From Tricharina praecox (Eukaryota), in NCBI RefSeq assembly GCF_024521635.1, contig NW_026250423.1, forward strand, positions 372,001 through 436,000: a stretch of DNA of 64,000 nucleotides, given 5' to 3'. Under the pieces are notes generated by a model. The model was not told the origin of the DNA, did not search any database, and saw only the letters and a program-made list of their open reading frames with translations. A program made the translations under genes and the position numbers. Positions 34,741 through 46,099 of this stretch are shown here, piece after piece. Each line of letters begins with the position of its first letter. The stretch's first letter is position 1.

Positions 34741-35616
34741 ATGTTCGGTTTTTACGATGGTAGGAGGCCTGACTATTCGTCCGATTGCTGCTACTACTAC
34801 TACTTCGTACCCGTGACCTATGCATTGGTGGTAGTATTCAATATCTCCCGCAGGATGACAATGTCGAGGGCTGTGCTGGCGGCTCTGCCACCGGCGGTGT
34901 ATCTCCTTTGTCTCATCTTCGGGCCGAAGCGGTATATCGGCTTCGTTTTTGGCGAAGCTCCGGGTTACCTGTATGCAGTACCTTTGGCAGCAGCGTTTTC
35001 GGCGGGCTTTGGCAGACCGCGTCCTCTGCGCTCCGTCCCTGTGACGCCAGAAGTCTCCGACGTGAGAAAGGATAGCATTGGACTGGATGCCGTCTCCGAT
35101 GCCGCGGAGTTCACGCCCGTCCGAGAAGCCCCTCCAGCCACTGAACTACAGGAAATTACTACGCCGGGCCCCGTGGATCCAATCGCAGAGGAGTACACCA
35201 TGGTACCGGGCGGCACACCCACTCTACCAGCTCCAGTTGAGCAGGGAAATACGTCGGTGGATCCTCCCGAAGCAATCATTGCCGCTACCGTTCCCAGCCC
35301 CCAGGCCACCGAGGCCACCGAGCCCGACAACTCCCCCACCAATGCCGATGAAAATGGCTACCTCTCAGACTGGGACCGCCCGCCTCCAGTCCCATACGAC
35401 CCCGATCTCGATTGGGGGACCCCCACCACCATCACCGCCCCTACCACGGCCGCCCAGCTGAAGAATTTACCGCATTCGTGGATGAGCTGGACAGAATGCT
35501 ACGATGACTACTGTCTGGAGCACTACGCGACCAAGAACTCGTGTGGTAGATGGCCGAAGCAGCCGTGGTCGAGGCGGAGGAAGGAGCCTAAGGAGACGGA
35601 GTGGCGTGAGCGTTGA
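34741..35616 (+). CDS. Orphan membrane protein with a C-terminal retrotransposon gag-associated Cys/His motif
   Basis: Hydrophobic N-terminal segments, Pro/Thr/Glu linker, then HSWMSWTECYDDYCLEHYATKNSCGRWP. The start codon is uncertain; the frame is open from 34624. Confidence 0.55.
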   Translation: MFGFYDGRRPDYSSDCCYYYYFVPVTYALVVVFNISRRMTMSRAVLAALPPAVYLLCLIFGPKRYIGFVFGEAPGYLYAVPLAAAFSAGFGRPRPLRSVPVTPEVSDVRKDSIGLDAVSDAAEFTPVREAPPATELQEITTPGPVDPIAEEYTMVPGGTPTLPAPVEQGNTSVDPPEAIIAATVPSPQATEATEPDNSPTNADENGYLSDWDRPPPVPYDPDLDWGTPTTITAPTTAAQLKNLPHSWMSWTECYDDYCLEHYATKNSCGRWPKQPWSRRRKEPKETEWRER

Positions 35617-35934
35617 CGGTGGCTTGATACGCTTTGGTCTGGCTTTTTTGGACTTCATTGCGCATTTCTGGTTCTTGGAAACTCTTCGTTTTATCATCTC
35701 TTTTTAATGCTTACTTCCCGTATTCCACTATAACTTATCCTTCTATTATTATCATAAAATGTCATCAATCAGAACCGCTGTATTTAGAACCTATTCAAGC
35801 TTACTTCACTCCTTCCTCCTTCATTCATCCTTCCAAGACAAAACGTGTCCAACCGAGTGATCATTCACGCTGGCAGTGCTTGAATCCCGTCACCAACCAC
35901 GCCGCCTGCCTGGTACGCCACTGAGTGGAAGCGG

Positions 35935-36522
35935 TATTCCCTACATGTCCGGGGCGGGAGTATACCTGTTACAACTCCCTAGCGTGGCCTAATTTGGACT
36001 GGCGCAGAAAGGTGGCAACGAGTGATATCAAAAGCATTCCGCGAGTGGGCTCTTCCGCAAAGCAACATGTGTGAATTAGTACAAACAGGCTCTCCAACAT
36101 TATGTATTTAGCAGCGTATATTCCCACTTCCCTTCGCCCGAATCTTTTCTAAACATTTGACAGTGTACCTAGCACCTGGTAGAGTCCGCCGCCGCCCTCG
36201 GTGTAGTAGTATTCGCCGGTGGCCTGTCTGCAACATGGCTGCCTTTTTATAACTCGAGTCCCGGCCCGATAGCCTCTGTATCAACGCTGTTGCTCATTTC
36301 TCTGGTATTGGAACCGCGGATGTTTGAAGGATCGTGGGTCAGAGGTGGCGACGGCGACTATCATAGTAGCAACCGTGACTGCTACCAGCACAGCTGCAAC
36401 CAAACTAATCGAGACAGTGAGCCGTGTGGTTGTGTAGACGCACTGCCGCCTCCTAAACGGGCCTAGTCGGGCATACTTTGCAGTGTAACAGGTATACTCC
36501 CGCCCCGGACATGTAGGGGATA
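35935..36522. mobile_element. MITE with 37-39-bp TIRs and TA ends (Tc1/mariner-pogo-type target)
   Basis: TATTCCCTACATGTCCGGGGCGGGAGTATACCTGTTACA (35935-35973) is the reverse complement of 36484-36522 with one mismatch. No internal ORF in the track. Confidence 0.88.
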
Positions 36523-36676
36523 GTAGAGATGCCTCTGGAATCCAAGCCCTGGCATTCCCTATATCTTGCTAGAACGGCAATACACTCTTCTAGCCTTGTA
36601 GCTTTCCCCAAACAGATCTCTTAAACCACACCAAAATTGTAGATCACATCATACATTAGGTACATGTACACCCTTC

Positions 36677-38749
36677 CTACCTGTGATTCCCAAAAACGAC
36701 ACTCATGATCCTCTCATGCTCCGTCCTCTCAATCTCATCCTCATTGCCGATGCCTACACAATCAAGCCCGACCTCCCACCCGCCCACCCTTCCCACAACC
36801 CTCTCAACATCCGACCTCTCAAACGACCTCCTCTTCGCCTCCTGGGTCAGCGCCCACACAGGTGCCATTCTCTCAGCCCTGATAGCATACTTAACGGCCC
36901 TCCAATAACCCTGATACGCCCCAGTACCACCAGCGGGCATGGTGAGGCCTACCATTCTCAACCGTGCGTCCTTGAAGAAATCAAAGGCCCTATGCAGCGG
37001 GGCACGGGTACAACACGTGAGTAGGATGGTCTCCACAAGGTCCAGCAAGAACCCGCGAGCGTGCGCGTCGAAATGCAGCGAGGGCGCGCTGGCCCGCGAC
37101 GGGTGCACCTGCGACAACGTGTACTCGTAGCTCAGGTCAGACATCTCGACGAGGCGGGCGTGAGCACGTGAACGAGGCAGTGGGATCAGCTCGTTCGGCG
37201 TGAGGTGGATCGTGTGTAGATGCGACAGGTGGGAGAGGTGCTGGACGATTTCGACCTGTGGGAGGGGTTAGTCGTGGGAGGGAGGGAGGAGGGGTGGAAT
37301 AAGCTTACCCAGTCGGCGAAGTCGACCGCTACGCAGAGTTCACGCAGATTGGTGAAGGTGCTGGTGATCTGGCCCAGTGCCGCGCCGTTGAGAACGAGCC
37401 CGCCTCGTAGGTATGTCCCCGAGGCCCAGTTCACGGCCATGTCGAGCATCTCGATGGAACTCCCACAGCCCACCAGCGCATTGATGAAATCCTGCTCCAG
37501 AACGAAGACCTTGTTGTTCCACGCCTGGTGAGTGCCATCTGTGATCCGGATGTAAAGGTCCACCAGCTGTTCCGGCGGCACATAGTTACACAGCAAGCTG
37601 GCCACCACCTCCTGTGAACCGCAGATAGCGAGCGTTTTCAACTTCTTCATCTTGATCTCCTTCGCTCCCAACGCCTGCACCAGCTCCGCCAGGTCCGGAC
37701 ACAGCATCAGCCTCAGTTCCACCAGCGCCTCAAAGTTGACCGCAGCGAGCAACCCCGCCATGTTCTTCGATCCCCCCATAGCCCAATGCCACAGCCCAAG
37801 TCTGGTCAACCTCCCGAACTCCATCCCCTCCCAAAACCTTAGGAGTCCCTGATCATTCTCCATCCCAGTTCCGCTGCCACTCGCGTACAACGCTTTTAAG
37901 TCGCGCACCCGTTTCGCATCCAAAGCTAATCCCTCCAGTGTTCCCTGTGCGTCCTGCAGCAGCCGGCGCAGGACCACATTGTCATCGACCGCGCCACACC
38001 GCGGCAACAACCAGCTCACGTCGCCATTCGCCGCCATATCCGGTAGCTCCCCCAGCGGATCAGTGGCGTGCGGGGAGAACACCGCCGAGAGCCCCAGCAA
38101 CTCCTTCGACTGCATTCCCAGCTCCAGGAACCCACAGTCGGCCACATCCAGCACGCCCAAGGCCAAGTACCTCAGCTCCCTTGTGCGGGCGATGGCGCGC
38201 ACGCCCACCCCAAGCCGGCTCTTCCACGACGCCTCAGACTTGAGCCGGGAATGCGGGTAGACCACAGCCTCGAGCTGGCTGGTAGCGCAGAGCTCGGCCA
38301 GCAGCGCCTCGATCGCGAGCAGCGGCTCGCTCTCCAGGTGGAACCGGCCGATCGAGATGCAGCGCACGAGCGCCTTCTTGCCAGCCGCGAGCGCGGCGAG
38401 CAACGCCTTGTTGCGCGCGTGCGCACCGCCAACGAACGCGACGGAGCGGTAGAGCTCGTGCACTGCTATCGCGGCGAGCGCTTTGGAGGCCAGCAAGAGC
38501 GAGCACAGCTCCGGTTTCGAGAGCTGCGAGGTGGGGATGTTAGCGGGTGAATTCGTAGGGAATGTCGTGGTGCCGTACGTGCCGCATTATCAGCCGGTGC
38601 AGCTCGAGCGGCAGCGCCTCCAGCCCGCCGGACTCGACGAAGCCCGCGCTCACGGGCGTCCCCGAGACGCTGGTCGATGAGCACGCCGACACGTCGAAGT
38701 CGCTTTCGACGTCGCTGTTTTCAAGGTCGAGACTGCCGTAGTCGGACAT
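36677..38749 (-). CDS. F-box protein with an LRR-like body
   Basis: Exons 38749-38579, 38523-37309, 37255-36677. Splicing yields LEALPLELHRLIMRHLSKPELCSLLLASKALAAIAVHELYRSV (F-box), followed by LxxLxL repeats. Confidence 0.75.
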
Positions 38750-39043
38750 CGCGAGAGTAGCTGGATCGACAATTCGCCATTGCTTGGGACTATCCACCGC
38801 GGGGTCTTATATACTGGTACCTCATGGGTTATTACTGCAAGGCTGACATGCGTCTTGTTCAGGCATCCGCCAAGGATTAAGGATTGCTCCACCCATAGGA
38901 AATCACTCCTTCAAAAGTTCAGCCCTTTGGAAATCAGAGTATGTAGAGGAGGTGGTACGAGTAAACCAAGTCATTATTACAGACAAACTCCAGAATTGAA
39001 CCTATAGATGAGAAGCTTTTGTATTTACAACCAAATCCTCTGA

Positions 39044-40805
39044 CTATGCATCGCCGCCCTCCTCCATATCCTCGTCAGCACCGCCAGTGCCCGAGCTCTT
39101 CTTCATGACGTCCAAAACGTAGCCACCGCTCCGTCCCTCGACCTCCATCCATCTTCCCAGCCTCATCTCCTTTCCGGTGGCGACGCAGACGACCACCTTC
39201 GCATCTTTCTTGGTGGTACCTCTCTCCAGAACTGCGATCCCGTTGACGATTCCACGGACGGTGCCTTCGCCGCCTATCACACCCACAGCCTCGAGCTTCC
39301 TCTTGTCGGCCGTCACTTTCCAGGCTCTTACACTTCCATCCCAAGAGCCGGAGAATATTAGGTTGGAGTATGGAATAGCCGTCAGCGCGGTGACCCAGCG
39401 GGGCTGAGCGGGAGCGGCGGGCTCTTGTACAGGATTTGTTTCCGCGCTAGATTTCTCCGGTAGCAGGGGTGGGGCGAGTCCGTGGGAGACTTGGATCGTG
39501 TGTATAGGCTTCTTCTTGTGGATCGACCAGAGGGAAATGTTTCTGCGCAAATCATATCAGAACTGTGATCTCAGCGGCAAGTTTGGTGGCAGGTGATAAT
39601 ACCCATTGTCACTTCCGGTGACGAAATGCTCTTCATCGAGCATGGCAACACAATCCATACTGCCCTCCTCGTGCCGTATACTCCCGTCCTTGTTCTTTCG
39701 TACTTTCCCCTCCCCAGACCCACCGCCGCGGAACACAAGTTGTGTCTCATCGACAATCTTCCATAACCTCGCCGTCCGGTCGCGAGCACCAACCGAAACA
39801 CACCGTTCCCCAGCTAACGCAGCAATGCTCAGAACCTCATCCTGGTGTCCGAAAAGAGTCTCCACGTACGCCAGCTCGTTCAAGCTCCACAGCTTCACTG
39901 TCCGGTCGGAAGAGCTTGAGTACAGCTCATTCGTCCCGCGCCTGAAAACAAGACCAGTGACACCTGCACGATGCTGCCTGAACACCTTCAGGATCTTCAA
40001 TGTCTCGGCATCCCATACGATGAGCTTGTGGTCTTTGCCTCCAGTCGCAACAAATTTCCCATCCGCGGATGCAGCAACACAAAGGATATCATCCGTGTGG
40101 CCCTCAAAGCCCTCGTCCTTCTTCCGGCCTCCGCGCACGTACTGCACTCGTTTAGGCCTTGTCCGGGGAGTGTTGTTCGAAGTGGCTGGTGGGGGCGGGT
40201 AAGCGGGGAGCTCCCACTTCACGAGGTATCGGTGACGGGTGACAGTGTAGATGTATGGATCGCTGACGGCGATGCCGGTAGTGGGACCAGCATCCATTCG
40301 GAATAGGGACGAGACGGCAGTGCTAAACGAGAAATCGTCGGCGATATGTCGATATAAACGGCCCTTCTCCTCCGCGACATCCTCCTTCAAGCGCTCGGCG
40401 ATCAGATCACGGTCGATGTCGGCAGCGTCGAATCCACCCTCATCTGCGATCCTACTGTCAGTCTCCAAGCTCCCGCAAAGAAAAATAGCACCCCCCCACC
40501 GACCGAAACATACCAACTTCCTCGCGAATATTGTTCAGATACTGTTGCGCAAGCCTCAGGCGCTTTTCCGCCGCAGTCTCCCCAGCAAGCTCCTCGTCCT
40601 CGTCCTCGTCGTCCGATCCTCTGGGCTTCGCATTCTCATCCTCTGACTCGCTCGAGATCTCATCATCCTCATTCCTCCTCTTCTGCGGTCGCTTCTCCGA
40701 TCCACCAGCTGCTGCGTCTGTGGGGCGAACTTTCTTAGACTTATTCCCGGCGGCGTCGGCACGTTTTCGTTTCGCAGAGCCCGGCAGGGTGAAAAACGAC
40801 GACAT
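39044..40805 (-). CDS. RRP9: U3 snoRNA-binding WD40 protein Rrp9 (U3-55K)
   Basis: Exons 40805-40514, 40443-39603, 39542-39044. Motifs ETAAEKRLRLAQQYL, FDAADIDRDLIAERLKEDVAE, YVETLFGHQD, VGARDRTARLWKI, KEMRLGRW. Confidence 0.95.
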
Positions 40806-41183
40806 TATCGGTTGGTACTATGAGCGTATGTATATGTTTCGCGGCCGATTGAGTAATGGAGTGGTGTTGGCGTTCACCGACAAAGGAACAGGCGGAATGA
40901 CATTTCTCTCAGCGTGAGAGAGAGAGTTTACTAGATGGACTGCGCTACGAAATCTTTTTTTCGCCTCACTGAACGGGAACTCTTGGCATCAATGCGGCTC
41001 TAGTTAACTAGCTCCAGTTGATGACTTAGCGAGTTAGAGTGGGTTGGGTGGTGGGAGAGAGACCTTGCCCGCGTCGGTGTGTCGCCAAACAGCCCGCCAA
41101 ACCTCAAGTCGAGCTTCATACACTGACAACCCCAACACCTCCACATCACCTTCATCCCCACCTTCCATCACCGTACAGCGAAA

Positions 41184-42034
41184 ATGTAAGCTCGAGCTAT
41201 CTTGATGTGCTGCCGGGCAGCCCGCTAATTTCCCGGGACTGCAAAGGGAGGTTCTTCTAGGCATCACCGGTAAAGACTTTGTGCTGCTTGCGTCGTCGAA
41301 GGCGGCGATGCGCGGCGTTACCATCCTCAATGCCGAAGACGACAAGATGCGGGCCTTGAACGCCCACACCTTGATGGCGTACGTGGGAGAGTCTGGCGAC
41401 ACCGGTATGATGGAATCGATGAATGCAAGAAGGATGATGGCGGAGACCAGTAGCTCACGGCCCGGGGGTGTCCAGTTCAGTTCGCCGAGTACATCCAGGC
41501 AAACGTCCAGCTCTACGGCATGCGCAACAACACGAACTGGCAGCTCTCCCCTTCTGCCGTGGCGTCGTTCATTCGGAGGGAGCTTGCGAGGTCGCTTAGG
41601 TCGAGGGTTTGTCCGCCCCCTCTGGATAGCTTGCAGACGCTGTGGCTAATCGCGAGTAAACGTGCAGAACGCCTACAACGTCAACCTCCTAGTCGGCGGT
41701 TTCGATACCACCACGAAGAAGCCACACCTCTACTGGCTGGACTACCTGGCGTCGCAGGCCTCCGTACCGTACGCCGCCCACGGATACGCACAGTACTACT
41801 GCCTATCGATCCTGGATAAGCACCACCAGCCGGACATCGATCTGGAGCGAGGCCTCGAGCTGATGAAGATGTGTCACGATGAGGTTTGTCTCCTTCCTTT
41901 CGGCCCAGGTTGATGGGACGGCTCTGACGTATTCATCTATTGTGCTGCAGCTGGTGAAGCGGTTACCGATAGACTTCAAGGGTCTCAAGATCAGGGCTGT
42001 CACGGCAGATGGTGTCAAGGAGTACAGCCTTTAG
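41184..42034 (+). CDS. PRE1: 20S proteasome beta-4 subunit (Pre1/PSMB2)
   Basis: Exons 41184-41185, 41247-41404, 41476-41606, 41668-41883, 41951-42034. Product [65 protein letters not shown]. Confidence 0.95.
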
Positions 42035-43714
42035 ATACGTTTAAATGAAGCAATGACGATTCTGAGGACTTCTCCCGTTGGTGGTATTATGGGCACCGTG
42101 AATGATCAGTGCTATGTGCGATGGCTGTAACGTTGCGAAGAGGGTTAGGGTGGTGTGAATCCATTGCCAGCTCTCCTCAGAAATTGTTTGACTTCTTTTT
42201 GTTGACGAGGAACGAACACTAAACTACTCCTCACCATCTCTACTACATACTAACCTCCACCACCACCACCACCACCAACACCAACACCGAGTGATCCCGC
42301 GTAGAAATCTAGCAGCGTAGGTAGCAATCCTTCCCACGTCCGAGTAGAGAAGATGTACGGACTGTTTGGCGGAACCCAGCATAACCTTTGAGCCGTTGTA
42401 TGCTACTGCGCCGCGGGTCAGGTATGCGAGGCAGCGTTCCCATAGAGCACCACTGTCGACATTCTTGCCAGAAGCGGGCCAGCATCCATATGGAGCGTGA
42501 ACAGGCGACGCGGGAGCCTGGGAGGACTGCCTCGACATAGCAGCTACGCACATTAGTTAAGCCCGGACAGAACAGTATCACCGATGCTTACTAGTTAATA
42601 TGTGCACACGCAGATGCGTAGCTCAGTTCTGGCGGTGGAGTTGTACTATTACCACCCAGGTAGTAGGAAAGATACCCGATGCGTCATGGGATGTCACGTC
42701 GCTTACTTAGTATCCAGTCCTAGATTGCAGGGGATGGGCTCAGAAGGCGGGCGGGACCACACGACACTGGACGGGGAGTGGTACGGACACGGGACGAGAC
42801 GTGGTACGGCGGGCGCTATTCGCAGTGCCGGTGAGTGATCGGAGGAGGGGGAGGTAGCCCGAACGTCTCCGGCAATCTTCCGACTAAAGTAGAGTATACC
42901 GCCACTCCTCCGACCACACCGGTATAAAGCCACCCAACCCAAGCAGGCGGGAATCGAAAATTGCGACAAACCCGTGCGGACAACCCCCTGGTACCTATCC
43001 GGGATAGGTATGTTGGGGAAAATGTGTAGCTACTGGCGCCAAAGTACAGTATAAAACGCGGATGACGGGACACGGGACTCGGTTCCGCGGCTTCGGAAGA
43101 TGGAATCATGGAAATACGGAAATATAGGAGGGAGGCAACCCACGGGAGGACGGGAATACTTTGTTTTTACCGATGGCCGAAGCCGAAGCCGAAGCCGGCA
43201 GCCTGTCGAATGCTAGATGATGAACATCAACCCCCCTTCCCCCTGGATCTTGATAAAGTACTTTATCTAGGCTTCGCAATAGGTCTTCCCTGCCATCTTG
43301 CGCACATCCAAGGGCTGTGTACCATAGTGGGTTCGGTCCTCAAGTCTAGGACTGATGTGGAATGTGTGTCTGTCGTAATGCCTGACTGATATTCTTCAGC
43401 TGTTCACTGGTTCAGGCTCACTTCACTCCACTTCTCTTCACTTCACTTCAAACAATCCAAGTATTCGTAACGATGTCGATTGTATCCACACACCGCTCAA
43501 CTCTCTCGACTCGACTCATACAGTACAAAAAAACAGTCTACCCATCGAAAAGCGCCCAAACCCCGCGTCATTCATAAAAAGTGGAATCGATCGCAAACAG
43601 AACCACGTAATGTAGGGTTGTAGTAGTAATAATGAAACCAGCCATGCGCACACAAACACACACAAACACACACACAGACACACACACAGACACACACACT
43701 CATAACCCAAGTAC

Positions 43715-44141
43715 TCATGCAGCCACAGCCATACCCCTGACCAGTGCCTTCTTTGCAACCTCCCTATCGTCCGCCGCCGACGTAAAGCTCCCATAGCTCC
43801 AGGTCAAGTCCTTAGCGCCACGTTGCCAGCCCGAATACTTGTTGAACTGCTCGCTGAGGCGGCCTTCGGGTGTCGCGTGCCAGCGGATCACGTTTAAAAA
43901 GCTGTCGGCATACTTAAACATGTCGGTGAGGTAGTTCTTGAATTCCGGCTGGCCAGCAGTGTAGCGTCCTGTCACTGCGTTGCCGGTAGGGTGCAACCGC
44001 TGGTAGAAGCCGAGGTTCATGTCGTTGATGTCGAAGTAACCTTGCTCGAGGAAGCGCTCGATCGTGTTGTAGAGAATGTTGGATACAGAAGACGTGCAGA
44101 GGAACCTACGACGACATTGATTAGAGCCGGGCTTCCTATTT

Positions 44142-44175
<34 letters not shown>

Positions 44176-45509
44176 GGGGGGGGGGGGGGGAGAGGGGGGG
44201 GTTGGAGTGGCATACCATGGATTTCCTTCACCGAGACCAACACCGTCGTACCTATCCTCGGGGTACCTGCCGATGCCAACGCCGCGAAGCCTTCCCTCAG
44301 GGTAGAACGGCGGGGTCTGCTTGTTAATAGGATGCCTCTCGGCCATGTCGGCAACGAGAACCGCAAGACTCGCAAGAATCTCGTCCGACCAAGGAGGGAA
44401 AAGGTCCTCCTGGCTGCCGTGGAGGGAAGCTAGCAGTAAGCTACAGTCAATACCGGACCGATACCGGGTATCCAGGTAAGCAACCAGATGGCCGCGCTCC
44501 TTGTTCCAGAAAGAAGTGGTGAGAAACTTCCTCAGCTCGTGTCGCTGGGACTCATACCAGACCCCTGCGGCAGAATCGCCAAGCACCACCGCCAACTCGC
44601 GTCCCTCAACCAAAGCCTTGTGCTGGACAAGGGCGGTATAGAAGTGCAGATCCTTAACCTCTTCCCACAGATCAAATCCGGTAAGATTCCAAGAGTGCGA
44701 AATATATTCCAAATCGGCCTTGATCACTGAACGCGTGGGGAACTTTCCATCGTACAACTTCCTAAGCCAGTCGTGGCTGATGAGCGAAGGGTCCGTCTCG
44801 TTCAGCATCCGAACGTAATTCATCAGAGTAAGAGCTCTGAGAGCAGGACCGTCCCGTTGCGGACGTCCCCAATTCCTTTCCACCGCGCGAACCTGTCAGT
44901 GACTGCAGCGTGGGTGGATTGAACAAATAAGACCACACTGGATACAAACTCCGTGAATGGAGCACCGTCGATCATGAACTTGGGCTCCCCGAGACCGCCA
45001 GTGGTGTAGCCGCCGCTGGGGTTGAACGTGTTCTGGATGCTATCCTGAAGCTTGGCGTAATCTTCGATTATGGCCTTGAGACTCTCGTCCTTGGTCTCCC
45101 CGTATTCGGCGACGACCTCGGCCATGGTGATTGCGGCATCCCGCACCCACTGGTAGTAGTAGTTCGGAGCGTCTTTCGACGGCGAAGCGATCACGGAACC
45201 GGGCGCAGCGCCTCTAGCGTTCGAGCCGTTGGGGGCGATATTTTCGAGCAAGAATCGCATCGAAGTCTTCCTCTGATCCTTAATCCAGTCCTCGAGGCCA
45301 TTTGGAACGAGTGGTTCGGCAGGTTGTTGTTGTTGCTGTTCGTCGGCCGGCTGGAATTTGGGCGGCAGGACATCCACGCGTGCTGGGTTCGGGAAGACGT
45401 GTTGGTAGCCCGGCAGGGAGACAGGGTTGCCAACGACGTAGGCGGCGGCTAGCTGTGAGCAACAGTAAACACCCACCAAAGAACCAAGTACACTCCGAAG
45501 AACGGCCAT
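43715..45509 (-). CDS. Secreted GH15 glucoamylase lacking a CBM20
   Basis: Exons 45509-44950, 44875-44216, 44105-43715. Signal peptide; motifs ASPS..PNYYYQWVRDAA, GLGEPKF, WGRPQRDGPALRA, FDLWEE, IGRYPED.Y, GNPWFL, LSEQF, DLTWSY. Confidence 0.93.
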
Positions 45510-46037
45510 CTTGGTCTCGTGACTGGAGGTGAGGGAAGGAGTCCGGGCTGGGGGCGAATCCGCTGACTGGAAATCCGAAAGGACGACGAGGAGGAAATAC
45601 AGAGAGCCGACGAGACGCAGACGACGACGGGATTTCCACGGTCGAATGACGGGTAGAAGACGGGTGGGCAACTATAGCATGTACCCTTGGGGAGAGCAGA
45701 GGGGCCGAGCTTTTTAAGGGAGTCCTCGTGGTGCAAAAGTTCCACCTGACGGCACTCGGACCTAGCCAGCAGGGAGTGCGCTAACAGGCAGCTTGATCAG
45801 CTGCACACCTAACCGGAGTATTCCCTTCCCTCCCTCTTCCCCAGGTTCCTGGAGCCAGCCAATTGGACGGGGCCGAGAGAAGGTCTTGTGCTTGTCGGGA
45901 GTGCGACAAGTTCGTGAGCTAGGGGTGGGTGTATGGGTGGGTGGGTGGGTATTGCGGGTTTGCGAGTGGATGATGCTGGCCTGCAGCAGGATGAGGAGGA
46001 TGAGGAGGAGGACGGGGAGCGTGCTATGGGGATGGGG

Positions 46038-46099
46038 GAGGGTATGGATGGATGGACGGGCGAGGGTATGGATGGATGGACGGGCGAGGGTATGGATGG
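46038..46099. repeat. 24-bp tandem repeat, about 2.6 copies
   Basis: GAGGGTATGGATGGATGGACGGGC at 46038 and 46062, partial copy at 46086. Confidence 0.85.

Noticed and set aside
41010..41015. AGCTCC (GGAGCT) as a proteasome/Rpn4-type element upstream of PRE1
   Set aside because: A single hexamer; plausible but not distinguishable from chance without genome-wide enrichment.
42141..42150. AGGGTTAGGG as an interstitial telomere or telomerase RNA template
   Set aside because: Only 10 nt, just 3' of PRE1, with no supporting structure; compatible with chance.
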